From assembly GCA_005887995.1 (NCBI GenBank), contig VBJD01000029.1, forward strand, positions 3,326-67,325: DNA of 64,000 bases, given 5' to 3'. The notes below the pieces were generated by a model that was given only the letters and a program-made list of their open reading frames with translations, had not been told where the DNA came from and searched no databases. Shown in pieces: positions 8,981 to 18,429 of this stretch. Positions within the stretch are counted from its first letter, which is position 1; each line of letters begins with the position of its first letter. The DNA is from Chloroflexota bacterium. Lineage in GTDB: Bacteria; Chloroflexota; Limnocylindria; P2-11E. The translations under genes were made by a program, and so were the position numbers.

Positions 8981-9349
8981 GTGAGCGCTATCACCATGCC
9001 GATGAACGACGTCTTGAAGACGCTTGCCTCCGAGCAGCAAAAGGCCGAGGTCCCAGAGATCCGGCCTGGTGACACCGTTGCCGTCTCGGTGCGCGTCGTC
9101 GAGGGCAACCGCGAACGCCTGCAGAAGTTCGAGGGCACGGTCCTGCGTGTACGTAACGGCGGCCTCGATCAGCAGATCACCGTGCGACGCATCGCGTCCG
9201 GCGTCGGCGTCGAGCGCACCTTCCTCGTCCACTCGCCGCGCGTCGAGAAGATCGAAGTGACCCGCCACGGTCACGCCCGCCGGGCCGCTCTCTACTTCCT
9301 CCGCGACCGCGTCGGCAAAAGCGCAACTTTGCGCGAGAAACGCCGCTAG
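8981..9349 (+). CDS. rplS: 50S ribosomal protein L19
   Basis: 'PEIRPGDTVAVSVRVVEGNRERLQKFEGTVLRVRNGG...RRAALYFLRD' fits the L19 pattern. The start could instead be ATG 8996 or 9002. Confidence 0.93.
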   Translation: MSAITMPMNDVLKTLASEQQKAEVPEIRPGDTVAVSVRVVEGNRERLQKFEGTVLRVRNGGLDQQITVRRIASGVGVERTFLVHSPRVEKIEVTRHGHARRAALYFLRDRVGKSATLREKRR

Positions 9350-9467
9350 CGGCCGCTGGCACGGCCGATCCCGTTGTCGCGTTCGGTCGCTCCCTCAGTC
9401 ATGGATGTCCGTATCCACTCCTTCGGTCGCTCAGTCAGCTCCTAGTGCTCGGCCGCCCAGCGGCCGC
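9349..9467. repeat. ~120-bp imperfect palindromic element with internal direct repeats (rplS-rnhB spacer)
   Basis: 9349-9359 GCGGCCGCTGG pairs with 9457-9467 CCAGCGGCCGC. 9363-9368 GGCCGA pairs with 9449-9454 TCGGCC. Inside, TTCGGTCGCTC (9382, 9422) and CTCAGTCA (9394, 9430) are each repeated about 40 nt apart. Confidence 0.7.
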
Positions 9468-9502
9468 ATGTATCGCTAACTTCGACAAGCGAAACTAGAG
9501 GC

Positions 9503-10159
9503 GTGCCGACGCTGAAATTCGAGAAAGAGATCTGGTCGCGTGGACTGCTGCGCGTCGTTGGTGTCGATGAGGTCGGCATGGCCGCGCTCGCCGGACCAGT
9601 CGTCGCGGCAGCGTGCCTTGTGACGCCGGACACCAAGCTCATCCGCGCGGTGAAGGACTCGAAGATGTTGACGAAGATCCAGCGCGAGGAGCTCGCCGGA
9701 CTCATCCGCACGCGGGTCGTGCGTGTCGGCATCGGCGCCGCCAGCGTGGGCGAGATCCACCGGCTCAACATCTACCACGCGAGCCACGTCGCGATGACTC
9801 GCGCGCTTCGTCAGATCGGCGAATACGACTGGGTCCTCGTCGACGGACGGCGGATCCTTGACCCCGCGTTCGCACCGGGCAAACACACCGAGATCGTCAA
9901 GGGCGACACGAAGAGCTTCGCGATCGCCGCCGCGTCGATCGTCGCGAAGGTAACGCGCGATCGACTCATGGAGCGCCTCTCAACGAAGTTCCCCGGCTAC
10001 GGCTGGGAGCACAACGCCGGGTATCCGACGATCGACCACCGCACGGCGCTCCGCGAACGCGGCTTCACGAAGATCCATCGTCATGACTTCGGCACGGTGA
10101 AGCTGCTGCGCGCTGTCGAGAACCAGCTCGCCCTCGCTCTCTCCGACACCAGTGCGTGA
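9503..10159 (+). CDS. rnhB: Ribonuclease HII
   Basis: 'VVGVDEVGMAALAGPVVAAA' (DEVG metal site), 'KDSKMLT', 'ASIVAKVTRD' and 'GYPT..H'. Confidence 0.93.
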   Translation: MPTLKFEKEIWSRGLLRVVGVDEVGMAALAGPVVAAACLVTPDTKLIRAVKDSKMLTKIQREELAGLIRTRVVRVGIGAASVGEIHRLNIYHASHVAMTRALRQIGEYDWVLVDGRRILDPAFAPGKHTEIVKGDTKSFAIAAASIVAKVTRDRLMERLSTKFPGYGWEHNAGYPTIDHRTALRERGFTKIHRHDFGTVKLLRAVENQLALALSDTSA

Positions 10160-10207
10160 CCGATTTGACATTCCCTGGCGCGCGCCCGTCGATAGAGTTC
10201 CTCTGCC

Positions 10208-11185
10208 ATGACTTCCACCGTGACTCGGGTGCGTGACTTCGCGCCCTCCGACTACGAGGCATGGGTCGCCGCGTCGAATCGCTGCTACCCGGACTACCCG
10301 TGGTCGGTGAAGGAGATGCGGCACCAGGACGACACATTCGACCGCTCGCGTTTCTTCAAGTCGCGGCTGGTCGCCGAGGAGGATGGACGGCTCGTCGGCG
10401 GGCTCGAGATCGCTCACCGGCCGACACGCTTCCATCCCGACCGCTACTCGTGGGATCTCTGGGTGGTCCCCGAGAGGCGTCGTCGAGGTCATGGCAGCGC
10501 GCTGTATGACGCCAGCATCCGCACCTTGCGCGAACGGAACGCCATCGCGGCAACGACCGGCGCGAAGGAATCGATGACCGAGGGCCTCGAGTACCTGCGC
10601 AAGCGCGGTTGGGTCGAGGTGAAGCGCGACTGGGAGTCACGCCTGCGCGTGAAGGACTTCGACTTTGCGAAGTTCGCGACAGCCGATGCGCGCATCGCCA
10701 AAGACGGCATCCGCATCACGACGCTCGCTGCGGAGCTCGCCGAAGACCACAGCGCGGCCGGCAAGGCGTTCGAGCTCGTGGACGAGGTCCGCTATGACGT
10801 GCCGGGAACGGACGCGCCGACCCCCGAGACATTCGAGGAATGGGACAAGCGACACGGCACCAAGTCGCCGACATTCATGACGGACGCGTTCTTCGTCGCC
10901 ATCGATCGCGACGGCCGCTGGCTCGGCATGTCCAACCTCGAGCGCCAACTCGAGGACCCCAGTTTCGTGTGGCAGGGTCTGACCGGCGTGCGTCGCGGGG
11001 CGCGTGGACACGGGATTGCGATGGCATTGAAGCTGCGTACGGTCAGCTACGCCCAGCGGATGGGCGTCGACCACATCAAGACCTGGAACGACCAGAGGAA
11101 CCGGCCGATGCTGGCCATCAACGAGGCCATGGGCTTCGAAAAGCAGCCGGCATGGATTGCCTTCGAGCTAAAACTGCGTCCGTAA
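10208..11185 (+). CDS. GNAT-family N-acetyltransferase (two tandem GNAT-like halves)
   Basis: 'VVPERRRRGHGSALY' and 'GVRRGARGHGIAMALK' are acetyl-CoA-binding Q/R-x-x-G-x-G/A motifs in two successive halves. 325 aa. Confidence 0.75.
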   Translation: MTSTVTRVRDFAPSDYEAWVAASNRCYPDYPWSVKEMRHQDDTFDRSRFFKSRLVAEEDGRLVGGLEIAHRPTRFHPDRYSWDLWVVPERRRRGHGSALYDASIRTLRERNAIAATTGAKESMTEGLEYLRKRGWVEVKRDWESRLRVKDFDFAKFATADARIAKDGIRITTLAAELAEDHSAAGKAFELVDEVRYDVPGTDAPTPETFEEWDKRHGTKSPTFMTDAFFVAIDRDGRWLGMSNLERQLEDPSFVWQGLTGVRRGARGHGIAMALKLRTVSYAQRMGVDHIKTWNDQRNRPMLAINEAMGFEKQPAWIAFELKLRP

Positions 11186-11241
11186 CGCTCCCGATGGCAC
11201 CCACTTGGGTGACACCAAAAAGGCACGCAACCTGCATTCAT

Positions 11242-12141
11242 ATGTGCATGGACGTTCGCGCCGTCCAGGTTGACGGGTACAAGCTGCGGGTGACGACATG
11301 GGGCAGCGGGTCACCGCACACCGTCCTGCTCCCAGGGCTCTCCGCCGACGGCCGATCGCTCGCGCCGCAGATCCGCGCCATCCGCCGTCAGCGCGGATCG
11401 ACGCATGTCATCGACCTCCCCGGCTTCGCGCACCGTCCGGCCCTCATGCGCAAGGACGCGACGTTCCGGAATCTCGCGCGCTACGTCGGTGCCGTCGTCG
11501 ATCAGCTGGGCGTGCGGCGCGCGGTGTTCCTGGGCCACTCGCTCGGCGGCGGCGTGGCGCTCCACCTCGCGCTCGAGCGGCCCGATCTCGTCGAGGGGCT
11601 GGTGCTGATCGCGCCCGCCGCGCTCGGGCGGTCACTTCATTGGATCTACAAGCTGTACTGCATCCCGCTCGTCGGACGTGCGCTGCTCCGACCGCAGCCG
11701 AGCGTGTCGGTGCCGTTCCTCCGCCACTTCCTGGTCGGCAGCGCACGGCGCAACGACATGCATTTCCTCAACATGCTCGCGAGGCACGGCTCCACATCGC
11801 GCGACCGCGCGGTCTCAGCGCGCGCGATCGTGTGGGCGAACCAGCCGACGTGGTGGCGAAAGCTCGTGCTCTACGTGGTCCCCGGCGGCGAGCAGCTTGG
11901 CTTCGCCGTCGGCGATCGTCTCTCCGAGCTCGGCGACGTGCCCACGCTCGTGCTGTGGGGTAATGAGGATCGCGTCATCTGCGCCGCAGACGCACATCGC
12001 CTGCGCGATCACTCCAGCACCGAGGTGCACGTCGCGCGCGGCATCGGTCACATGCTTCCGCTCGAAGCCGCGGGCTGGACGAACGCACACATCACTCGTT
12101 TTCTCGGATCGCTGCGGCAGCCTCTGCTTCGCGCCGCCTAG
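11242..12141 (+). CDS. Alpha/beta-fold hydrolase
   Basis: 'VLLPGLSADGRS', nucleophile elbow 'GHSLGGGVA' and C-terminal 'GIGHMLPLE'. The start is ATG 11242 or 11248; the listed 10840 start is a frame-open artefact overlapping the GNAT gene. Confidence 0.8.
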   Translation: MCMDVRAVQVDGYKLRVTTWGSGSPHTVLLPGLSADGRSLAPQIRAIRRQRGSTHVIDLPGFAHRPALMRKDATFRNLARYVGAVVDQLGVRRAVFLGHSLGGGVALHLALERPDLVEGLVLIAPAALGRSLHWIYKLYCIPLVGRALLRPQPSVSVPFLRHFLVGSARRNDMHFLNMLARHGSTSRDRAVSARAIVWANQPTWWRKLVLYVVPGGEQLGFAVGDRLSELGDVPTLVLWGNEDRVICAADAHRLRDHSSTEVHVARGIGHMLPLEAAGWTNAHITRFLGSLRQPLLRAA

Positions 12142-12179
12142 TCCATTTGCACTAGCGTCACGCCGTTTCGCCTGGTTCG

Positions 12180-14042
12180 TTGCTGCTCACGGTGAGAGGC
12201 GTCGTCGCGGCCCTCCTCGTATGCGCTTCGCTCGCGATCGCCTCCGGCCGCGCGAGTGCGACGGAAACCCTGGGATTCCACAGTCAGTACGCGGGCCAGG
12301 ACCCGTGGCCGGTCATCTCCGCGGGAACGACGACGAGCTACACGCTGCGCTTCAAGAACACCGGCACGGAGACGTGGGTGCGCGGGTCGTTCGGGCGCCA
12401 GGTGAATCTCGGTGTCGTGAACGACTCGCTCGCATTCACCGAGCTCGCCGTGGGCTGGCTCTCGGGGAACCGCGTCGCGACGACCGTCGAGCCGGTCGTC
12501 GCGCCCGGCGGGATCGGAACGTTCACGTTCACGCTGCGCGCGCCGATCAACGTCGGCGTGTATGACCTGCCGCTGCGGCCGGTCGTCGAAGGCGTCACCT
12601 GGCTCGAGCACCAAGGTGTGTTCGTTCGCCTCGTGAGCGATCTCGGATGGCACGGCAAATGGGTGAGCCAGTCGGCGAACCCGACGCTCGCGCCGGGTGC
12701 GACCAGTGGCGATCTGACGGTGACGATCCAGAACACCGGCACGAAGACGTGGACGAAGGGCACCCTCGGTCAGGAGGCGCGGCTCGGCATCAAGAACGAC
12801 GACCGCACCTGGGCGCCGCTCGCCGTGAACTGGCTCAGCCCCGACCGCGTCGCGGCGCAGACCGAGGCGTCGGTAGGGCCAGGTCAGAACGCGTCGTTCA
12901 CCTTCAAGGTCAAGGCGCCGCAGACGCCGAGCACGTACGTGCTCGCGATGCGTCCGGTCATCGACGGAGTCCAGTGGCTCGAGGATCAAGGTATCTTCGT
13001 CGCGGTCACGGTCTCCGGTGGCGCGCGGCCGACGCTACTGACGACGATCGTGCAGCAGGGTCTTCAGAACAGCTGGGACGTGGCGTTCGCGGCCGACGGA
13101 CGCATGTTCGTGACCGAGCGCGTCGGGAACCTCCTCGTGTACCAGAGCGCCGATCCCGGTGCGCTGCAGCTCGCGAACAACGCGGTCGCGGGGATCCACG
13201 CCTCGGGTGAGGCGGGGCTCATGAGCGTCGAGGTCGACCCGAATTTCGCGACGAACTCGTACCTCTACGTGTGCGCGTCACGCGACGACGAGGGGCAGTG
13301 GCGTAACCAGGTGTTGCGTTATCGCGTCGTGGGGAACGGTATCGCCTTCGACTCCTACGTCATCCGGCGCGGCATGCTCGCGAACAGCAACCACGACGGC
13401 TGCCGCATCCGCTTCGGTCCCGACGGGAAGCTGTGGGTGACGATGGGTGACGCCGGGAACGGTACGCGCGCACAGGATCCGAACGCGCTGAACGGCAAGA
13501 TCCTCCGCGTGAATACTGACGGCACGATCCCGGCGGACAATCCGCTCCTGCCCGGCGCGACCGGACGGAGCGCCGTCTACGCGTGGGGCAACCGCAACCC
13601 GCAGGGGTTGACGTTCGAGCCGGGATCTGGCCGCGTGTTCGAGGTCGAGCACGGCGACGACACGCAGGACGAGATCAACATCATCGTCGCCGGCGGCAAC
13701 TATGGATATCCGCTCTATCGCGGACCGGTGAACCGTCCGGGCTTCGTCGATCCCGCGTGGTCGTCGGGCAGCATCACGCTCGCGACGTCAGGTGGGGAGT
13801 TCCTGAGGGGCGCGCAGTGGGGCGCCTGGCAGGGATCGCTCGTGGTCGCGACGCTCAAGGAGCAGGACCTCCGCCGCTTCGAGATCTTCGATGTGACCGC
13901 GCGCCAGGCCGACGTGCTCTTCAACAACGCGTACGGTCGCCTTCGGACGCCGCGCTTGGGTCCCGACGGATGGCTCTATCTCACCACGGACAACGGCCTG
14001 TCCGGCGACATGATCATTCGGGTGGTCGCGACCCAGGGCTGA
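12180..14042 (+). CDS. Secreted protein: two NBR1/Ig-like repeats fused to a PQQ-dependent (sorbosone/aldose) sugar dehydrogenase beta-propeller
   Basis: Signal peptide 'VVAALLVCASLAIASGRASA'. Two ~125-aa repeats ('F.NTGT.TW..G...LG..ND...W......W.S.NRV' then 'Y.L..RPV..GV.WLE'). C-terminal 'WDVAFAADGRMFVTERVGNL', 'HDGCRIRFGPDGKLW' and 'GNRNPQGL' are typical of the GSDH family. Confidence 0.75.
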   Translation: MLLTVRGVVAALLVCASLAIASGRASATETLGFHSQYAGQDPWPVISAGTTTSYTLRFKNTGTETWVRGSFGRQVNLGVVNDSLAFTELAVGWLSGNRVATTVEPVVAPGGIGTFTFTLRAPINVGVYDLPLRPVVEGVTWLEHQGVFVRLVSDLGWHGKWVSQSANPTLAPGATSGDLTVTIQNTGTKTWTKGTLGQEARLGIKNDDRTWAPLAVNWLSPDRVAAQTEASVGPGQNASFTFKVKAPQTPSTYVLAMRPVIDGVQWLEDQGIFVAVTVSGGARPTLLTTIVQQGLQNSWDVAFAADGRMFVTERVGNLLVYQSADPGALQLANNAVAGIHASGEAGLMSVEVDPNFATNSYLYVCASRDDEGQWRNQVLRYRVVGNGIAFDSYVIRRGMLANSNHDGCRIRFGPDGKLWVTMGDAGNGTRAQDPNALNGKILRVNTDGTIPADNPLLPGATGRSAVYAWGNRNPQGLTFEPGSGRVFEVEHGDDTQDEINIIVAGGNYGYPLYRGPVNRPGFVDPAWSSGSITLATSGGEFLRGAQWGAWQGSLVVATLKEQDLRRFEIFDVTARQADVLFNNAYGRLRTPRLGPDGWLYLTTDNGLSGDMIIRVVATQG

Positions 14043-14090
14043 TCCGCATCCGGGGCTGCGGGTCGTCAACCGGCATCCGTATCCCTTCAT

Positions 14091-14444
14091 ATGGATCGTC
14101 GCGTCCTCGGGCTCGCGGGCGAGCACGTCGCGGAGCGCGAGCTCATCCACCGCGGGTACGAGATCGTCGCGCGCAACGTTCGGACGCGCTACGGGGAGAT
14201 CGATCTCATCTGCCGTGACCGGCGTGAGTTCCTCTTCGTCGAGGTGAAGACGCGGCGCGCCGGCTCGTTCGTCGCGGCGGTGGAGGCCGTCGATCCGCGG
14301 AAGGCGGCACGGCTCGAGATGCTCGCGCAGTCGTGGCTCGCGGCGTGCGGCCAACGCGCAGCGCGGTGGCGCATCGTCGTCGCCGCGCTCACCGTGGGCA
14401 GCGACGGGACGCGCGTCGATCTCCTCAACGTCGAGGGACGATAG
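14091..14444 (+). CDS. yraN: YraN-family (UPF0102) predicted endonuclease
   Basis: 'GEHVAERELIHRGYEIVARNVRTRYGEIDLICRD....FVEVKTR' is the classic YraN pattern. 117 aa. Confidence 0.88.
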   Translation: MDRRVLGLAGEHVAERELIHRGYEIVARNVRTRYGEIDLICRDRREFLFVEVKTRRAGSFVAAVEAVDPRKAARLEMLAQSWLAACGQRAARWRIVVAALTVGSDGTRVDLLNVEGR

Positions 14445-14466
14445 GTCAAGCGTGCGCGAGGGAGTC

Positions 14467-15954
14467 CTATCGCGACAGGGTCACTTCGAGGCCGTCGATG
14501 CGCACGTGCGCGCCGGCGGCGTTGCGCGCGATGCGCAGCCGCGAGCCGTGCGGCATACGGACCTCCTGCCATCCGTCGCCGCGCACGCGCACGAGGTCAT
14601 CCCACACCGCGAGCACCGGCGAGTGCGCGCAACCCTGCAGCGGCCCGACGCCGGGCGCGCAGTCGGCGGAGCCGAAGTTGAACTCGATCGGCTGGTTCGC
14701 CGGGTCGTAGCCGATGACGCTGTGGTCGCCGTATCCCGGCGTGTGCTCCATCGAGTAGTGGATGACGACGAGCGCGTCATATGCGGTGACGATCGTCGCA
14801 CCGCGGAGGTCGATCGCGGTCTGCAGGAACTCGAGCTTCTCGATCGTGCCGCGGTCCTTGCGGATGACGTCCGTCGCGGACAGCGGCGTATCGCTGAGCA
14901 GGAAGATGCTTCCGTTCGCGAGTGCGACCGCCGCGACGAGCCATGGCAGCGTCTGGGGCAACCGACTCCCGCGGGCGAGCGCGATCGCGCCACGGGCCGC
15001 GATAACGCAGATGCCGGGCAGCATGCTGAAGACGTAGCCGTACTCGCCGACATGGATGGGCACGTAGATCGCCAGCGGTGTGAGCGTCCACGCGAGGAGG
15101 AAGAGCGCTCGCCTGCGATCGCTGAGCTCGATGTGCCGCGCGGACGCTGACAGAGGCACCGCCGCGACGAGGGGAGCGAGGAAGTATGTCGCGCGGCCGA
15201 CGAACCGGGCGAGCTCGTAAATGTTTGACCCGATCGCCGAGAGCCCGCGCTCTCCGAACATGCTGTAGCGGTCGTCGACGAATCGACTCTGCTCGCCGAG
15301 AGCGGCCGAGAATGCCGCAAACCCCCCGTCGGCGAGCGCGCTCCCGACGTACCAGGTCGCGAAGAGCGCCGCGACGACCACGGCGCCCACGAACGCCGCG
15401 CCCAGGCGCCTGCCCCACGCGGCGATGAGCCAGAGCGGTGCGAGGAAGACCGCGAGATCGCTGCGGAAGCCGATCGCGATGCCGTAGAGCGCCGACGCTC
15501 CGATGAGCGCGCGCCCGCCCGAACGAGTCGCGGCGTGCCAGAACGCGAAGGCACAGGCGATCGTGAGCGCGGCAAGCACTGTGTACGGATAGGCGATGCC
15601 CGCATAGGCCCAGAACGTGACCGCGGTCAGCAGGAAGATCGCGCTGATGCGGCCGGTGCGCTCGTCGTAGAGACGCGCGGCGAACAGGTACAGGAGCGCG
15701 ATCGCCACAGCCCCCGCGATGAGGCTCACGATGGTCATCGCGCGGTTCGCGTCGCGCGTCATCGCAACGAACGCGCGGATGAGCAGGACGTAGTACAGGT
15801 ACCCGGGGGCCTGCGGCTGCTGGTCGATCGGCGAGAAGCGATCGATGGCGCGCTCGTACAGGACGGAGTCGTGCGCCCAGAGGTTCTCGGTCTGGAAGGG
15901 GAGCCGGCTGAGGATCGCGAGCACGAAGAAGAGCAGCGCGAGCCGCCACGACAT
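14467..15954 (-). CDS. Polytopic membrane glycosyltransferase, GT39/ArnT-PMT-like (GT-C fold)
   Basis: About 11 hydrophobic helices, an early loop 'HDSVLYERAIDRF' with an acidic/aromatic motif, and a soluble C-terminal domain. The family call rests on overall architecture only. Confidence 0.6.
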   Translation of the reverse strand: MSWRLALLFFVLAILSRLPFQTENLWAHDSVLYERAIDRFSPIDQQPQAPGYLYYVLLIRAFVAMTRDANRAMTIVSLIAGAVAIALLYLFAARLYDERTGRISAIFLLTAVTFWAYAGIAYPYTVLAALTIACAFAFWHAATRSGGRALIGASALYGIAIGFRSDLAVFLAPLWLIAAWGRRLGAAFVGAVVVAALFATWYVGSALADGGFAAFSAALGEQSRFVDDRYSMFGERGLSAIGSNIYELARFVGRATYFLAPLVAAVPLSASARHIELSDRRRALFLLAWTLTPLAIYVPIHVGEYGYVFSMLPGICVIAARGAIALARGSRLPQTLPWLVAAVALANGSIFLLSDTPLSATDVIRKDRGTIEKLEFLQTAIDLRGATIVTAYDALVVIHYSMEHTPGYGDHSVIGYDPANQPIEFNFGSADCAPGVGPLQGCAHSPVLAVWDDLVRVRGDGWQEVRMPHGSRLRIARNAAGAHVRIDGLEVTLSR

Positions 15955-16039
15955 TCGGGCGTAGTGTGCCGGACGGTACCGCGGTACCAGACGAAGACCT
16001 CATCCGCGCTCACGAGACCGCGATGCAGGCTCACACGGC

Positions 16040-17563
16040 ATGGCCGTCGACGCGCCCGTCCGCACGAGTGTCGCGCGGGTCGCGTCGTGCGCGCTGTGGG
16101 GTCTCGAGGCCGCGCCGGTCACCGTCGAGGTCGACGTCGCCAATGGTCTGCCGCACTTCAACGTCGTGGGTCTCCCCGACACCGCGATCTCTGAAGCGCG
16201 CGAGCGCGTGCGCGCGGCGATCCGCAACTCGGGCTTCGAGTTCCCGCTGCGCCGTGTCGTCGCGAACCTCGCGCCCGCCGAGCGGAAGAAGGAGGGGAGC
16301 GGCTTCGACCTCGCGATCGCGCTCGGTGTTCTCCGCGCGACCGACCAACTAACGGTCGACGTGACGCCGCTCTGCCTCGGCGAGCTCGCGCTCGACGGCG
16401 GCGTGCGCGGCGTCCGCGGTGTCATGCCGCGCGTGCGCGGCGCGCTCGCGCGCGGCGTCGACGAGGTCCTCTGCGCCCAGGAGAACGCCGCCGAGGCCGC
16501 TGCGGCCGGAGCACGTGCCGTCGGCGTGCGCACCCTGCGCGAGGCCGTCGCGCACCTCGCGGGCGAAGCGGTGCGCACGCCCGCCGCGATCCCGCCACCG
16601 GCCCCGCCGCCACGCACGGCAGTCGACCTCGCCGATATCAGCGGGCACGAGACCCCGAAGCGCGCGCTCGAGATCGCTGCCGCCGGCGGGCACAGCCTGC
16701 TCCTCGCAGGTCCGCCCGGGACGGGGAAGACACTGCTCGCGCGCGCTCTGCCCGGGATCATGCCGCCGCTCGATGCCGACGAAGCGGTCGTCGCGAGCGC
16801 GATCCACAGCGTTGCTGGCCTCGTCGATCCTGCGCGTCCGCTGCTCGAGGCACGTCCGTTCCGCGCGCCGCATCACACCGCGTCGCATCTCGCGCTCGTT
16901 GGTGGCGGCTCGCCGCCGCGTCCCGGCGAGGTCAGCCTCGCGCACGCCGGAGCGCTCTTTCTCGACGAGCTCCCCGAGTTCGCGCGGCACGTGCTCGACA
17001 CGCTGCGCGAACCACTCGAAGAGGGATCGATCACGCTGTCGCGCGCGGCGGCCGCGGCGACGTATCCCGCGCGCGTGACGCTCGTCGCGGCGATGAATCC
17101 CTGCCCCTGCGGTCACGCCGGCGATCCCGCGGCGCCGTGCACCTGCCTACCCGACGCGATCGAGCGCTACCACGCGCGACTCTCGGGTCCGCTCATGGAT
17201 CGCATCGACCTGCGCGTCCACGTGCCGCGCCTCGCGTACGAGGATCTGCGCGACGAGGGTCGCGAGACGTCCCGGGCCGTCCGTGAGCGCGTGCTCGCGG
17301 CGCGCGAGCGGATGCGTGCGCGCCTGGGCGGCACGCGGCGTCGCACGAACGCGGAGCTCACCGTCGCCGAAGTGCGTACGCACTGCCGCATCGACGACGC
17401 CGGCGATGCGCTCGCTCGCGAGGCGATGCGCTCGCGCCGGCTCTCCGCGCGCGGCGTCCACCGTGCGCTCCGCGTCGCGCGAACGATCGCCGACCTCGCG
17501 GCGAGCGATCGCATCCGCGGCGAGGATCTCGCGCTCGCGTTGCTGCTGCGCGGCGCGGCGTGA
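16040..17563 (+). CDS. comM: Mg-chelatase-like AAA+ protein ComM/YifB
   Basis: N-terminal Lon-like domain ('VEVDVANGLPHFNVVGLPDTAISEARERVRAAI'), Walker A 'GPPGTGKT', 'LFLDELPEF' and a Cys cluster 'NPCPCGHAGDP...CTC'. Confidence 0.93.
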   Translation: MAVDAPVRTSVARVASCALWGLEAAPVTVEVDVANGLPHFNVVGLPDTAISEARERVRAAIRNSGFEFPLRRVVANLAPAERKKEGSGFDLAIALGVLRATDQLTVDVTPLCLGELALDGGVRGVRGVMPRVRGALARGVDEVLCAQENAAEAAAAGARAVGVRTLREAVAHLAGEAVRTPAAIPPPAPPPRTAVDLADISGHETPKRALEIAAAGGHSLLLAGPPGTGKTLLARALPGIMPPLDADEAVVASAIHSVAGLVDPARPLLEARPFRAPHHTASHLALVGGGSPPRPGEVSLAHAGALFLDELPEFARHVLDTLREPLEEGSITLSRAAAAATYPARVTLVAAMNPCPCGHAGDPAAPCTCLPDAIERYHARLSGPLMDRIDLRVHVPRLAYEDLRDEGRETSRAVRERVLAARERMRARLGGTRRRTNAELTVAEVRTHCRIDDAGDALAREAMRSRRLSARGVHRALRVARTIADLAASDRIRGEDLALALLLRGAA

Positions 17564-18405
17564 TCGCACTCGCGCCGAGCGACCCGAGCTATCCGAGCGC
17601 GCTGCGTGATCTCGAACGACCGCCGGATCCGTTGTGGATCGATGGACTGATCGATGTCCTCGCGCGGCCCGCCGTCGCGATCGTCGGCACACGCCGTATG
17701 ACGGGTTACGGCGAACGCGTCGCTCGCGAGCTCGCGATGGCGTGCGCCGCCGCCGGGATCGTCGTCGTGTCGGGTTTCGCGCAGGGGATCGACACCGCCG
17801 CGCACCGCGGGGCGCTGGACGGCGGTGGCCAGACGGTCGCGGTGCTCGGTGAATCGATCACCACTTTCCGCACGACCGTCCGCGGACGGCGCAGACCGCT
17901 CGTGCCGCGCATCGTCGCCAGTGGCGCGCTCATCTCGGAGTTCGCGGCGCCCCTGACGCCGCGGTATTGGACGTTCGCGCAGCGCAACGCGACGATCGCG
18001 GCACTGGCTCGGGCGGTCGTCGTCGTTGAGGCGGGCGAAGGGTCCGGTGCGTTGATCACGGCCGAGGACACGCGTCGGCTCGGCAGAACGCTCTTCGCCG
18101 TGCCAGGTCCGCTCGGCTCGGCTGCATCGATCGGGACGAACGCGCTGATCGCGAATGGCTTCGCGCGCGCGCTGCTCGCGCCGGATCAGATGCTGCGTGT
18201 CGTCGGCGCGACCGACGCGGCCTGCGCGCCCGAGAGCGCACCGACGGACCCGGTCCTCGCGGCATTGCGCGACGGACCACTCGGCGTCGATGAGATCGCG
18301 CAGCGCTGTCGCATGGGTGGGGCCGAGCTGCGGTCGAAGATCGCACTCCTCCTCGTGCGTGGACAGCTCGCACCGCTCGCTGACGGTCGCTTCCGACGGA
18401 CCTAG
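17560..18405 (+). CDS. dprA: DNA-processing protein DprA (Smf)
   Basis: 'VAIVGTRRMTGYGERVAREL', 'SGFAQGIDTAAHRGAL', 'FAQRNATIAAL' and 'GALITA', with a C-terminal winged-helix tail. GTGA overlap with comM. Confidence 0.9.
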   Translation: MIALAPSDPSYPSALRDLERPPDPLWIDGLIDVLARPAVAIVGTRRMTGYGERVARELAMACAAAGIVVVSGFAQGIDTAAHRGALDGGGQTVAVLGESITTFRTTVRGRRRPLVPRIVASGALISEFAAPLTPRYWTFAQRNATIAALARAVVVVEAGEGSGALITAEDTRRLGRTLFAVPGPLGSAASIGTNALIANGFARALLAPDQMLRVVGATDAACAPESAPTDPVLAALRDGPLGVDEIAQRCRMGGAELRSKIALLLVRGQLAPLADGRFRRT

Positions 18406-18429
18406 GCCACCTCTGGCAAACTCGCCATC

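Noticed and set aside
15975-15988. Perfect 14-bp palindrome GGTACCGCGGTACC in the divergent GT39/comM promoter region, as a possible operator.
   Set aside because: By a rough estimate, perfect 14-bp palindromes are expected several times by chance in 64 kb of this base composition. There is no second half-site or repeat copy, so it is not significant on its own.
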